A DNA stretch of 60,796 bases, the filler included, from Sluysia triapertura (taxonomy: Eukaryota): assembly GCA_046118255.1 (NCBI GenBank). It is 5 parts of 5 records of this genome, joined end to end, with 100 filler letters (N's around TTAATTAATTAA, not from the genome) between each part and the next. Parts side by side here need not be neighbours in the genome. Positions count along the whole stretch, not along the records: positions 34,656 to 49,889 come from JBJNIA010234008.1; positions 49,990 to 60,796 come from JBJNIA010193216.1; 3 more parts are not named here. One strand, given 5' to 3'. A model generated the notes under the pieces. That model searched no databases. It saw only the letters and a program-made list of their open reading frames with translations, and had not been told where the DNA came from. Positions 38,687 to 53,486 of this stretch are shown here, one piece after another. The translations under genes and the position numbers were made by a program. Positions within the stretch are counted from its first letter, which is position 1. Each line of letters opens with the position of its first letter.

Positions 38687-41651
38687 ACCAATAATAATAA
38701 TAATAATAACAATGTCATTGTATAAATTAAATTTTCTACTAACTTTTTAGCTAATTACTAATATTTTTTCTTCGTTAATGGGGCTAATGAAAACGTACGG
38801 TGACAACACTATTAATGTCTATTTTGTTTTCATTTTCCAAACAAATCAAATTTAATTTGATTAGTTCTCTTATTATCCAATAAAAAATTCAATTAATACT
38901 TGTTATTATAATAAATAACATTAAAATTTAACCATAAAAATTTATTGATGTAAACATAATTTCACAGAAATTATTGGTTAATGGATAACACTTTGAGATC
39001 AAAATAAAAAATATTTTCAAAGAAAAATATTAAAATAGAACATGACTNNNNNNNNNNNNNNNNNNNNNNNNNNNNNNNNNNNNNNNNNNNNNNNNNNNNN
39101 NNNNNNNNNNNNNNNNNNNNNNNNNNNNNNNNNNNNNNNNNNNNNNNNNNNNNNNNNNNNNNNNNNNNNNNNNNNNNNNNNNNNNNATGTGTTTTATTAT
39201 TCCAGTGAATTATTTAAAGTACCATAAGGATTATTTAATTTTTCTTCAAAAATTTTCAGCCCACCTTAATAATTGATTTTTGATTGCATTGGTTTGCTAC
39301 TTTTGCTAACTTATTGTTCGTTGGTTTAAGGCCCAAACAATTACCAGCTTAATACATAATACATTGTTTTATAATGGACATATACTCTTAAAAGTTTGTT
39401 TTAAAATTACCTTTATCTATATACTGACTTGCCATTTATGATGTCCTTAGTTTCTGATTATTAAATTGCTTACGCATGGAAAGTTCTTATATATACTTTT
39501 ATTAAGATTTTTTCTTTTATTTATTTTAATCACTCAACAATATTAACTTTCAATGTCATTTTCTCCTGCGTCATTTACTAACAACATTTAAATTCTTCAA
39601 TCAACTAATGATATAATTATTGTTTCCAACTTTTTTAACAAATCTTGGAACAAAATATTTAGGTTGCTTATTTTGGTTTGAATTATTTCGTAATTCAGTA
39701 GGACAATAATATTTTAAATCGATTATTGATTCATGTTTATTTGTTGGTTGATCCTTCTGTCAAATATTGATTACTTTTGTTATTTATTGTTCATATTATT
39801 GAACTATTACTTTACGTTTTGTTTAATTCGGCAAATAAAAATTAAACCTTAAGGTAAAAATGAATTTAAATAAAATTATCTGCGTATATATTATTTAATA
39901 TAATTCAATTATAAATTTTTTCTGATATTAATAAAATTTTATTGATTTTTTTGGTAAATTTAAATTAAAATAATTGTGTATCTAGTTTTATTGTAATTTT
40001 GTCAACATATTTTATACTAATAAAGTTTTATTAATGCTTAATACCTTGTTGATTAATTTTCGGGGAATTGAGAAGGAGAATCTGATTAAAAGCTATAGAC
40101 TACAAAATTTCGATAAGTAATTCCATCTCCAACAAAAGAGACTAGTATCGAACCAAATTTTCAGACTTAGATTATAATAAGGAAATCAATTTTAGGCCAA
40201 TAAAATAAATATTAATTTAAGTCAATAGTATAAAAAGTTGTTTGATAAATTCATACTAAATTATTTAGAGATATAAAAGAGACGATTTTTCAACTAATAT
40301 GAAGATTTCATCGACAAACTAGTAATAAAATCGCGTGGATTTTATAAGGCGAGACTTAGATAAAGCAATAATCATTGTGATACTTTATATTGTTAAGATT
40401 GTGCAAGGAATTTTAGCATTAAAAGAGTTGTAAATTAAAAGTTATTCGATTAAAATTCGAACTAAGGTAAGATTTAAGAGTTAAAAAATTATATAGAATA
40501 AATTTTGCGTAATCTGAGCCATAAAATTAGAAGACAAAGTCTCAACGAGAACTAATTAAAACTTATACTCAATCCAAAAGCATTTGAATTCATATTCTCA
40601 TAAAGCAATAAATTTTTCATTTAAATAAAATGACTTAGGTTTTCCAGCGAAGTTTAGAATTTCGATGTTTAAAACCATTGATATCAAGTGTGGCATTACA
40701 TCCATCTTTTGACATCCTTCGTCTGTAATTTCGGTTGTTGCAGCTACACTATAAAACGGCCAAATTTTCGACAGTTTTAAAAGAAATTTTAAACAAATAT
40801 TATTATTTATTTTTCCAATATTAGATTCAAACTTTCATCTAAAAAAATGCAACTTGCATAATTTCATTGAAAACCAAAATTATATTTAAGAAAAATTAAA
40901 AATAAAAAACAATTTTAAGTAAACTTGCGAATATGGTTTAACTGAAAAATCATAAAAATTATTTTTAAATCAATAAAATAATTAAAATCAATAAAGCAGA
41001 AAATTATTTTTTTATTTTAAAAGGTTTTTCCTTGAAAATAATCATATAAAAGTTGTATATTTAAAAATTAAAGAGATTGTTAAAATCAGGAAACCAATTC
41101 TCGATAATTCACAAACAGTATTATTATAATATATTCTCTATTGTTTTCTTTGGCGATACTAAGCTTTATTTCATAAATTGCTACTAATGATTGACCTATT
41201 TTATACAACCATATAGTAAAATGGAATAGGAAAGGGAAATCTATAACAATCAGGTTTAACTTAGATTCTGTTCTTTTTTGTAATGAGGTTAAAAATTTGA
41301 CGGAAATTCATTATAATAATTCATTAGAATAATCTAATTAAGTTTAGTATATTAAAACACAATTTAAGATAAATAAATTTAAATTTTATATTGTCATATT
41401 TTTACATAATATTATAAAGATTAATTTATTAACTAAAAACAACGTAAAATTATTATTTAAATTCATTAATCAAAGAGGAAATAATTGTGAATATTTATTT
41501 GTGATAATTAATGATTTTAAATTGACACTTTCTCATAATTCAATGTCATTTACATCAATTTGCATATTATTTTATGAGTAGAAGCGGTTGCGTTTAATGT
41601 TAAAATGTTAAAGTATGCATATTAATAAAATTAAATGTTATAACTTTAAAC

Positions 41652-41720
<69 letters not shown>

Positions 41721-44669
41721 CGTAAAATTGATAACTCTCTGTGAATATAAAATGCAAATGCTTTTGATTGAATATATGTTAATTCAGTTAATTTTCGTTT
41801 AGGCTTTTCGCCCAAATTACTCAGTTTATTCTTTATAATTGTTTAACTCGGAAATCTTCTATGAATCTAAATCTTAATCGAATAACTTCGAATTCACAAT
41901 TCCTTTATCGATATAATGTTAAATTTCCTTTCGTAATTTTAGCAGTGAAAAATACCTTAGCTGAGTTCAGATTTGTAAATTTACGTAATTTTATTGTTAT
42001 TTATTTGGTTTTCTAATAATTCTTTGTATTAGTTGAAAAACTTTTTCTCTTTTATCTTTAAAAGACTTATAAATATATTATTAATTTTTTATTCACTTCA
42101 CTTAAATTAATGATTTTCTATTCATTCAGTCTAAAAGTTTGGTTCGATACTCGTCTCTATTCTTAAAGATGGAAGTGATAATTATAGCTGAATGGAATTA
42201 TTTAATACCTTTAAATTTCTTTAAATGCTTTAAAATCGTCAAACTTCAAAAAATCTTTAAATTCGTAAAAACCCTTAAAATTCTCTAAAATCTAATTTTT
42301 CAATCTTTTACCGCTTTATGAAACATACAACTTTTATACAAGTAATTTATTATAATCAAAATTTATAAATACAAAATAAACATTGTACAAACTTTTAATA
42401 AAATTTCTTTTAAAAGTTTAATTTTATACAGTATTATGCAGTAAAATAAGTAGACTTGCTCACGTTTAAATAAATCACCTATGAGCGTTATTCATGATTA
42501 TCAGTTATCAATGATCAATAAACCAAATCACGGTGTAATTGTTAATTAGAATTAATCAAATTATCAAATTTTTAGATCGAAGTTGCTAATTTTATTTAGG
42601 ATCATCAGTTATCAATTAGTGTTCATATATAAAGGTATTAATATATATCAATGAAGACTTGTTGATTTTTTCTCAAAAATGGGAATTTTCAATTGATATT
42701 GTGTATATTGTGTTTCCGATGAAATGTTGAACATTCATACATCACCTTCCTGCACATAAATTAGTATTTGCAGATTTAAAATATATAATTTATTACATTC
42801 CTGTACTAATTAGAAAATTAATATTTTAATTTATTCATAGAAATTAAATAAATTTTGCAGATATTCATAATTTTATTTAAACTATTTTTAATCATTCATT
42901 TATTTATTTTAGTGATCACTAAAATATTAGTAGATGACACCTCATTCGCATACTTTCATTAACATTCATAACATTTATAACTATGCATTTGGTATTCATT
43001 CATTGATATTTTAATATTTAATTACATTTATTAACATTTCATAGTAACGTTTATTTATGTTAATTCAATAATTCGTTAAATATTAACATATCATTCATTC
43101 AATAATTCATTCCTTAACGTTTTAATATTACATTTTATTAATATCAAACTTATTAAATTTATACTCGACATTTATTGACATATTTCATATAAATAAAATA
43201 AAATAGAATAATAAAAGAAGATATAATAATAAGAATAAAAATGAACTCCGTCTTATCTAATGAGACAGAAGAAAAAGTTAGAGATGGATGAGAAACACCT
43301 TAAGAATTTAAAAATATGTAATGTTTGTAAAATAAAACGAAGAAGAAGCAGTAGCATCCACAAACAATATAAATTAATTATATGGCTATAGTTATAATAT
43401 AGAATGAAATTAACTATTATATAGAAGAAATTGGCCATATATTAATAAAAATAAATTGATCATACAATGAAATTAAATATAGAAAAAAATTGATTAATCT
43501 CCAAATGAATCAACATTTCTAATTTTATTTTTTTCTTTTGCAGTTTTCTATTGTTTTTGATAATCTTTTGAAAAATTAAGCTTTATTTTGATTTCACTTA
43601 TATTTTGAATCCGAAAAACAAAAATAAAAATTATTAATTTAATAATTCAATATTAACAAATTAAATTCCTAATTTTGCATCATTGTTAATTTGAAATTAA
43701 CGGTTTATTGTCCAATAAAATAAGAACAAAAGTTTCTCACAGGCATATTTAAATAAATATTTTTGTGTTGCTTCTAGTTTCTGTAATATACTGAAAGCTC
43801 AATACGCAGAATTCATTTATTTTTCTTGAAACTTAGAAGACTAATAAATAAAACATCATGTTCACAATAACGAAAACTACAATTATTGAATTTATTCTGC
43901 TTATTGTTTAAGTGTTTTCAATAAATAAACTAATTCTGTGGATTTTGTTTATTGCAAATAAAGGAAACAAACAAACAGTGCAAAATTATCAAATATTTTG
44001 CAATTAAAAATCAATTACATCTACTTAAAGCAGCCATTGGAGAAACATTTGAATATGTACAATAAAAGATTAACAATTGTTTTCTTATTTCTGCTGAATA
44101 GAAAACTCTGAATTATTTGTGATACTTGATAAGAAATTGTATGAACGCCGTTTTAAATAAAATCGAATAAAATTATTAAATATTAAAATATTTTGCATTT
44201 TGTAAAAAGTATATTTTAATTTGGTCATAAAAACACGGTCAAAAAATAAATTATTAACAAACAAATCTTTTCATTTGTCCCACAAAAGTGTTATGAAAAT
44301 AAATGTAGAAGCTGGTTTAATTGGAGTTTAGTTACATTTTGTATATATAACAGAAAAAATTTACTACAATATGTTACATGGTTTTGTTGGATAATAAAAT
44401 TATGCATTATTAACAATAATAATGTCAATAATTTTAAAGTGGTAAATAATTTTTAAAGAAAATAAATAAAATATGTAATTATAAACATTGAATTTATTAC
44501 TAAATAAATGGTTAAAATACAATATAAATTTTATAAAATATAAATAAAGTAAAAAAGAAAATGTAAAATATGATTTGATACATTGTACCTAATATACGGC
44601 GTCAAAAATAATGATATTTTGAATGCCTTTAATTGTAAATTTATTATAATAATAATAATAATAATAATA

Positions 44670-44708
<39 letters not shown>

Positions 44709-45533
44709 TATACTTAATATTTATAATTATTTTCAAAACGTAATTAATTAACTTTTAATATTGTTTTGATATTACAAAAATTGCTTTTTAATTTTTATAT
44801 CATATAAATAAATAAAATTTAAAATCTAAATTGAAATTTTGTTTTAATTATGATTAAGGATTATAAAATCAAGAAAAAATTAAATCATTTATTGATCGGG
44901 ATATTAAAAACTAATTTTTTTCCTTAAATAATAAATTGAAACTATGACAAAATACAAAAAATAATTTAAAATTTTATTTAAAAATATCATACTACAAAAA
45001 ATGAAACCTTTTGTTCATAACAAACATGACCCTGTATGGTTTTTGACAAACAACAACAATTACAATAATTTATAATTAAAATACAATTGTTTTAAAATAA
45101 TCTTGGTACTATTAATTTTTAATAAATTGTTTATTCATTTTACGATTTAATAATGTTATGCAATAAGTAATGATGCTAAATTAACAATTAAGAATTAATT
45201 TACTGTAAAGTAAATATTGAAGTGAAGTAAAGTAAAAAAAATTTATGTTAATAAAATAACAATTTTAAGTTATTAAAAATGAAAGACAAATTTTTAAATT
45301 TTATTATCATTCAAAAATTAAATTAATAAAAAAAAACAATTTATTTGTTAAATAAATTTTGATTTAGATTTTTAATTGTTTGTATTATTACAACATTATT
45401 TTTCACTATTAATATGTTTTCGAGATCACAGAAAAATAATAGATACACGAATTAAATTTTAGATTTAAAACAACGTGAATATGAAGCATTTTTTAAAATT
45501 TAATTTATAACAAAATACAGATTAACAATAATA

Positions 45534-45585
<52 letters not shown>

Positions 45586-47044
45586 ATTTAACAAAATAAC
45601 AATACACTAAAATACTTAAGTAAGCAATTTATCCAAGTCACAAACAACATTTTGAAGAAATTGTGTACTCTGTTATGGAAAAATAACTCCAACTTTTCTT
45701 CAACTAGTCTTTAGACATAATCTTGTGGATGCACAAAATAATATGCTTCTGGCAGCTACTGAACAATTTCTTTTTTGCCAGTCCTCTTTAAAATCACAAA
45801 TTGAATGGCGTTACGGGATCAGATGTTTTTAAACAATTACGTCATGCAATTAGTCAAAACACTTTTTCTTCAAAATATCTATACCTTATTCTTATTTTTG
45901 TTCTTGTTTATTTAATTATTTTTTTTAATAACTGTCGATGTTATATTAAAGAAAATATTATTTTGTCTATTTAAAACATTACATTAAAATTATAAACCAT
46001 TATTCTTTACAAAAAGTATGCGAAAGATGCAATTAAAACTGATTCAAATTAGTATATTTTTTCAAATAAAAGAACTTAATTCAAAATGTTAATCTTTACA
46101 TAACACAAGTCCTGAATCAATGAGGAAACTAAAATTAATCGTTGTTTAAGATGAAATAATTTATAAAAAATAAGATAGATGATGTACTTTTCCAAATGCT
46201 TAAATCAGCTATCGAAAACATTAAATAATTGAAAAATTATGATTTAAAAGGTGTTTTATGTATATCAGAAATATTATAATATTAGCGCTGTGTATAATTT
46301 AGAATGTTTGTATTGTTAAACAAAAGAAAATAATTTATTCGACACAAAATATTAACAATAATTGAGATAAATTTGATAATAAAATATGTCAAAGTTATAT
46401 TAATTGAATAAATGATTTTTTGGTAATATATTATTATAAATTATAATAATGATAATAATAATCATAATATTTTAATTAAATACTTTAATAAGTACGCTCG
46501 ATTAATTTTCTAAATAAAAACAATATCGCTAGACCGAAAAACTATTAAATTTCATACTAATATTAACTAAAACTAGTGTGGAAATTATTTTAATAATAAT
46601 TTATATTAACTTATAATAACAATATTAATAAATAAAATATTATTGATTATAATAATTTAAATTATTGAGTAATAAAATTTTATTTGATTTTTAATTAAAT
46701 TTATTTCTTTTTAAATTCAAGTAAAATTATTATAATATTTAATTTTTTCAAAAACAATTGACATTTGGTTTTATATTTTTGATAACACGATTAAAGTAAT
46801 ATTGGGAAATATTTTTCCATTTTTTATAATAATAAGTGGTAATATTATGTGTAAACATGCATGTTTGTATGTATGTATGAAGATATTTAAATAATGAATT
46901 ACCATAGCAACATAATCAATATAATGATGTTGACAAAAATGTCAAATAAGTTTTAATTAAACTTTGTAATTATATTTATGTTTACATTACTTTTAAATAT
47001 GATCAATGAGTAGTAAATATTTTGAGTAATTAATTTTATTACTA

Positions 47045-47099
<55 letters not shown>

Positions 47100-47519
47100 T
47101 GTAGATCTTAAATTAACACTTAAGCGTTCGCATGTTTATTTGTCACCGCACGTAAACATCCGGCAATATTTTACGAATTTTAAAAATTTAACTTGTTAAA
47201 GAAAAGTCAGTGTACATTGAGAATGCATTCGCTTAGTAAAGATATATGCATAACATAGTTATCATGCTACAGTCTAAAAATGTACGGCAGGACCTTAGGT
47301 TTTAATTAAAGAATTATTCGACATTAAAAATAAAATTAAAAAATGATATCCAAAATTTTACTAAATATTACAAAACTAGTTCTAAAACGTTTATAATGTA
47401 TGGACTAACAAATGTATTAGAGATATAATAATGGGTACAAAAATATCGATTAACTTTACAGTATTAGTTTGTAAGCTATTACTCAAAAGATTTTATAAGC
47501 ATTTTATTCGTAGTCTTAA

Positions 47520-47736
47520 CACTATTTCTACCAAAGGTGTCAAAAAGCACCTTTTAATATTTTAGTTTGAAATTATTTTCTAAGTTTAACCATTTTTTCT
47601 CAATTCATGTTTTAACTTTTCGTATAATAATTATTAAATTTATTTAGCGGTATAATTTTCCTTCAGCTCATCCTAGATCTAAACATACGTACCTGGTATA
47701 CAAATAGGTATACATAAAATCGTCGTAGAAATAGTG
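47520..47736. mobile_element. piggyBac-type MITE, 217 bp, TTAA target duplication
   Basis: TTAA-cactatttctac ... gtagaaatagtg-TTAA: perfect 12-bp TIRs. Confidence 0.92.
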
Positions 47737-47896
47737 TTAAGCTACTACATAATAATTAAAGATATTACTTAATATCTTACGAAATTTATTTAAAATAAAA
47801 TAAAATGGAAGATGTCTATATAGGTCAAGAACTAAAGTATAATCGGAATATGTACTGCACAAAGTATTGATGTGATTGTCTGTAATAATCACAGCA

Positions 47897-48103
47897 CGTA
47901 AACAGTTTACAATATTAAAATAATTAGCGTTGTGACTTTTATTTGGTATTATTAAAGAACAAAATTTAAAAAATCGATGTCTCATGAAAAATGATCGATT
48001 TTAATTTATAAAATCTAAAAAATAATGAATGTAAAAAAATATTTTATTTCTATATCGGCGCCCGGGCAGTCGCATGGCTTGCCCCCTTCTTTATCCGGAC
48101 TTG
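47897..48103 (+). mobile_element. Right-end fragment of the hAT MITE family seen at 57562-58052
   Basis: Near-identical to 57871-58052 (gtaaacagtttacaatatt...tctcatgaaaaatgatcgattttaatttataaaatct...ttatccg). Confidence 0.85.
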
Positions 48104-48647
48104 GATCTGTTCAGACACTAAACTCATACTCTTGAGCACTTGTTCTGACCCTAGCCACATAACATTTATATTCAGCTAAAATATTAGCTCAAAAAATATT
48201 TTGCCCTAAGTTAAGAGTTAGTTATTGTTAACTTTCATTTTGATGTATTGTATACATTTGATATTTCAAAACTGCCTTTTTGTTCAGATTTTTAACACAG
48301 CAACGCCTGAACCGGTACAGCTAGTTATTGTCATTTCTGTTAGAAAAAGCAGTCTTTCAGAACAATGATACTTTTGGCTTGATCTACAGAATATTCTTTA
48401 TATTCTTTGAGTGCAATTCCTTTAGTTATTTTGTGTTCAGTAATACTAGAGAATAAGCAGTAGCGTTATCCCCTTAATATATTTTACCAAACCTTAATTT
48501 TCGTCTTAAAATTTAATTCTAATACTAATTATTGACTTTTTCTATCATAACTTGGCATATCCTATAAATCATCTTTAATAATTTCATTTAGTAAAGTATC
48601 TAAATTTACATGAGAAACTATCACTATCACAATCCATAATTTCAATC

Positions 48648-49876
48648 TTAATTAAATTTCTTTCGATATTTTTCTAATTCTTCATATTGTAATTGATGCA
48701 TTCTTAATTTAATTAAATATGAAACAGTTTGTCCTAGATAACTTAATCTATCTAAGCACAGTACTTCTATTCTCGATAAAACTGTAATAAAATTGGATTT
48801 TAAATCGATAAAATCGACAGTCTTTTCCATAAAGCGAATTTTTTAAACTTGTAAAACTTTTCTGAATTTTTGGTTATGGATGTGTTGGATCTGATAAAAG
48901 CTGTAAAATTGTATTTTAAAGAGAATTTAAGTGTGTGTGTATGTGTAAGTTCGGATCTTCTTGAGGGCTTAATGTCATCAAAAATACCTAATTTTAGACC
49001 TAAATTTGTTATACAGTGAGTGAATTTGAGTGATGATTTTATTTCTTCAAATACTGTTTCTAAAACAAGTTCTAGTTTGACAGAATGATTTTTACACGCA
49101 TAGGATATAGCATTTAACTTTACGAAATCTTTTTTTAATTTTAATACTTGTTTAATTTCTATTATCTTACAGATTATACCAGGTTTTTTTAATTTAATAA
49201 AAGAATATAATATCTTTAAATGTCTATTTAATTCAACTTTATCTGTTATGTTTAACGTTGATTTTTTAAACATAGTATTATTACAATGAAATACAATTAA
49301 CAAAAAGCTGTAATGAAAATTTATTATATAATTAAAATTTCTAATTGATCTAAATTGTAAGAGTGATTTGTTTATTAGCATGATCCATGAAACTCTGACC
49401 TCGTGCTTGCTAGGAACCCTTCGTTTCATATCATCGATCCAGAGTGATTGATTGTCGACTAAAAAATAATTACTTAGATACAAAAATTTGAAACTAACAT
49501 AATTAAATGTAATTACAATCGGACGCATAAACTTAATAGATGACATGACATCTTGATTTGACGACAAAGTATTATTGAGTAAACTTAAGCCTCCTACACT
49601 CTTTTCAATTACTTCATAGACCTTTTGTGAATTTAATCTCATTGATTTAGCTGTTGACGATAAACTTTCATTAAACAGTTTAGTTCCTTGTAAAAACATG
49701 TTAGCTAAATCCTCACATTTGAATCTGTGAAAAGGATTAAAGTACTTTCTGTCGACAGTAAAATGATTTGTTTGAAATTCTGATCTAATCAAAAGTGCTA
49801 ACGGTGATTGGTAAACTAAGATAAACAAAAACTTTTTTACATTTGTAGTTGTATAACTAATCGTCTCATCTTCCAT
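48648..49876 (-). CDS. Uncharacterised long ORF (358 aa plus overlapping 60-aa ORF), truncated at the scaffold edge
   Basis: Over 1 kb without stops in very AT-rich DNA; no motif recognised. Confidence 0.5.
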
Positions 49877-49889
49877 TACTTCATCATGG

Positions 49890-49989
49890 NNNNNNNNNNN
49901 NNNNNNNNNNNNNNNNNNNNNNNNNNNNNNNNNTTAATTAATTAANNNNNNNNNNNNNNNNNNNNNNNNNNNNNNNNNNNNNNNNNNNN
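49890..49989. other. Artificial scaffold-joining spacer
   Basis: 44N-TTAATTAATTAA-44N. Confidence 0.97.
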
Positions 49990-50276
49990 AAAATTATACA
50001 ATAATGTCGAAGAATAATTTTAGATTATTTAAATTTATGATAGGCAATAAAAATCACTTACGGATACAGTCTCGGATTAATTGTCTGCAAAATTACACAA
50101 ATCGAATTGTTCAACCAATATTTCGAATATACCAATTCAATAAAATCTCGAATTAATTGTCGCATAATGTTTCGATATACCAGTTTAATCGTTTAAAACT
50201 TCTTTCCTTCTATGCCGTGAAATTTTCTATTATTGTGAGTTTTAACAATTTTTTATTTCCTTTTATAGTAAAATGA

Positions 50277-50360
50277 ATAATTCTCAATGTATACAAATTA
50301 TTAAATTAAATCCAGATAATAATTCTCAATATATACAAATTATTAAATTAAATCCATATA
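50277..50360. repeat. 42-bp tandem duplication
   Basis: aataattctcaat(g/a)tatacaaattattaaattaaatcca occurs twice. Confidence 0.85.
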
Positions 50361-50525
50361 AATTCTATAGTATTAAATTCAATAGTATTAACATTACAGA
50401 TAAATAATTTACATGATAATTTTACTATGTAAAATTCAATATAAATAATTCCAATAGTATTAACAGTAAATAAGTTGTTATGTATTAAATATAGATAGTC
50501 AAATTATTTGTACTTTTATCTGGTA

Positions 50526-50574
<49 letters not shown>

Positions 50575-51638
50575 TCTGATAACAATAATAATATTAATAT
50601 AATAAATAATGATATTGCCTTTAGATGATAAAATAATTTATTATAGATGAAATATTACATTTTTTATTAAAATTTTATTATTTTAAATGATAATGTTACA
50701 GTTAAATGAAATATTTAAAATTTTAAATGAATAATATTTTAAATGAATTATTTTAAATGAATATTAATGCTACAACATCATTACCGTCCATTTCGATAAC
50801 TTCTCTCACCTCCACTGTAACTTTTTATTCCATTACTATAACAATCTTTCGATTTGGTATCGAAATATTTGGGCAATTCCAGTTATTTATCATCTATTTC
50901 TTCACATTCTCCGTTTTGCATTTTCTATTATTCAATAAAATCGAACTTTAATATTTTCTGGTGTCGGTGTTATAATTACTAACTGTACCGTAACACTTAT
51001 TTTCAATAATTCAATGATTTCAATCATATCCAACCAAACACAGCTGATTGACCTAGATTTTACAGTACCAATTTTTCACTTCCCGTAACAATTCTGTCTA
51101 AGAAAAGTTCAATACTCAATCTTGATAATAAAGAAGTTACAACTGAAACTCCTGAAATCTTCTTCGATACTGTCGAATTTTGTGGAACCAAAATGAGGCA
51201 TATTTCTATCTTTGGAAGTAGTTTTAAACAATTGTATAGCTGTATCCAAATATCATTGTTATTTCTGACTTGAAAGTCACACCATCTTTTTTCACTTTCT
51301 GTAGATTGTACACATCTAAGTTTATCCTGCTTTTCTACTTTTCAACTTTTCTAAAGTTTAAAGAATGTGAATGTTTCTACACTCCAAAAAGATGCATTCT
51401 ATAACTGCGTCGTATGACGTCTGAAAATAAATAAAAAATTTACCTTTGAAATTTAAAACTACATTTGCTTTTAACAATCATGAGTAATTAAACAATATTT
51501 CTTTAATTTGAGATATTCAATTGCTACATCATATTAGAAATTTTCCGTAAAGATTTTCTTTCCAACCTAATGTAATACTTTTAAAACAGGGCATCATCAC
51601 TATTTTTAGATGCTTTATCATGTGTCAAATGTACTTTA

Positions 51639-52151
51639 CAGTGGTGACCAAATTATTAGACTAAAACAGAAAAAAAATATTTTTCTTTGGCTTTCTTAAT
51701 ATTTGCTATCCTGGCCTGGAAACTCTCCAGACATGAATCCCATAGAAAATCTGTGAGAGATTGACAAAAGGAGAGTTTCTACCCATAAACCAACAACCAG
51801 GACGTAACTCTGATAAAAGTATGGCATCACGATGACGAAATCAAAGACTTATGCTCATCCGTGGCATGCCTTTAAGGATCATGAAATTATTGGATAACAA
51901 AGGAGGGCAAACAAAGTACAACAGTTTGTACATAGTTTTTCCATGAATAAAATTTCTGTATGTTTTGGATCTCAGTAGTTTTATCTATTATTTTACTTTC
52001 GCCAGAATTTTTTGGAGAAAGTAGTTATTTTCCAACATTTTACATTTTCCATGACAATGTTTTATACACTTTTAATTAATAGTTTCATAGTTACATGTTG
52101 AATCTTATCACATAAATGGTTGTCTTTAGTCTAATAATTTGGCCACCACTG
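51639..52151 (+). mobile_element. Internally deleted Tc1-family transposon (copy 2) with both TIRs
   Basis: TA-cagtggtgaccaaattattagactaaa ... tttagtctaataatttggccaccactg; encodes WPGNSPDMNPIENL* and ..GMPLRIMKLLDNKGGQTKY. Confidence 0.92.
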
Positions 52152-52686
52152 TTATTAATAATTCTTTAAAAAACTTAGTAATTAGACGATATTAATTAAA
52201 TAAAGACAAAAATGCAAAAAGTACGAAAATTTTAAAATTATAATAAGACTAAAGATAATAGAAAAAGTTAATGTTTTAAAAATTAAAGCTCCGAGAGCAT
52301 TCAATTTTATATCGGGCATATTGTATCAGGCACTTAATAATTAAAATAAGTGAGAGTTCAAGTAAATTTTAAATTGAATGTTGTGGAAAATCGTCTCAAC
52401 AATATATAAATTACCAATGAATGTAACAGTAGAATAATGTTGAATGATTGTTGCCAAATCGTAGAATACCAAGAAATTCCACCAAACTTCAAAATGGCGA
52501 TGTAGAAGTTTTAAAATTATACAAAACCAAAAATGACAGTTAAAATTTTCTATTTCAAACTGGTGAATTTTACAAAGCTGATACCAGCCAATAGGAATCG
52601 ATGGAATGTTCTATAATATTATACAACTTTAGAAGCTTATTTTCTTTTTTTGAAAATAATACAGTATTATCTGCATTATTATTAGC

Positions 52687-53062
52687 CTAAAGACTAATTA
52701 CTGCTACTGGATCTTTCACAGTTTCTATGACACAGTCACGGTAAAACTCCTCATTAGGTCTCCTTACAAAGGTGGTCTTGTCAAACAATACTTGAAAGGA
52801 CGACTCGTCACTAAAACACACTTGACCACAGTCATCCTCAGGTAAATGTTTGTGTTGCTTAGCTTTACGATTCATCGTAGAAAGTTTCACCAAATACCTA
52901 TCATTTCTCGCGATGTGGAACACAGATATTATTATTATATATCGCATTTTGTATATCAAACATAATATTTCGTATCTTACGCATTCAATAATAAGCAAAT
53001 ATTAAGAAAACCAAATAAAAGCATATTTTTCCTGTTTTAGTCCAATCATTTGGCCACCACTG
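52687..53062 (-). mobile_element. Tc1-family transposon, 5' part (copy 3)
   Basis: Left TIR cagtggtggccaaatgattggactaaaacag on the minus strand; the ORF has VCFSDESSF (first catalytic D) and ETVKDP. Confidence 0.85.
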
Positions 53063-53243
53063 CATTTTAAACGATTGTAGAGGGTTGTGATGACAACATA
53101 ACACAATATATATTATAGAGCAATCTTAGGAAGGTTGCTGTATGATTACATCACGCAAAATGTTATTTTTTACATATTCTTTCTTGTAAAAAAAGAAAAT
53201 TAATATTTTCATACTACAAAAATAAACACAAACTACAATTTAC

Positions 53244-53441
53244 CTTCGTAAGACAGAACAGACTCTTGGATCCACCATATATTGCCTTGATTTTCAATTC
53301 TGAAAGATTCTTATTAAATGTAGGTACCTTTACCTTTGATGATTCGTCAATACCTAATTGATCTTTATCATTGAGACCCCAAACAAACACTTTACTATGG
53401 TAAACCTTATTGGACGAGGTCAAACTAATAATTAATAATTA

Positions 53442-53486
<45 letters not shown>

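Larger units (their letters stand above)
47106..48324 (+). mobile_element. Putative non-autonomous Helitron carrying nested MITEs
   Basis: Candidate 5' end A|TC..cgttcgcatgtttatttgtcaccgc. Candidate 3' end agcaacgc..ccggtacagCTAG|T at 48321-48325. Pairing of the two ends is inferred. Confidence 0.45.

Noticed and set aside
53432-53486. Poly-tyrosine C-terminus in the ORF track
   Set aside because: Read-through into an intronic (TAT)n microsatellite after a GT donor at 53486.
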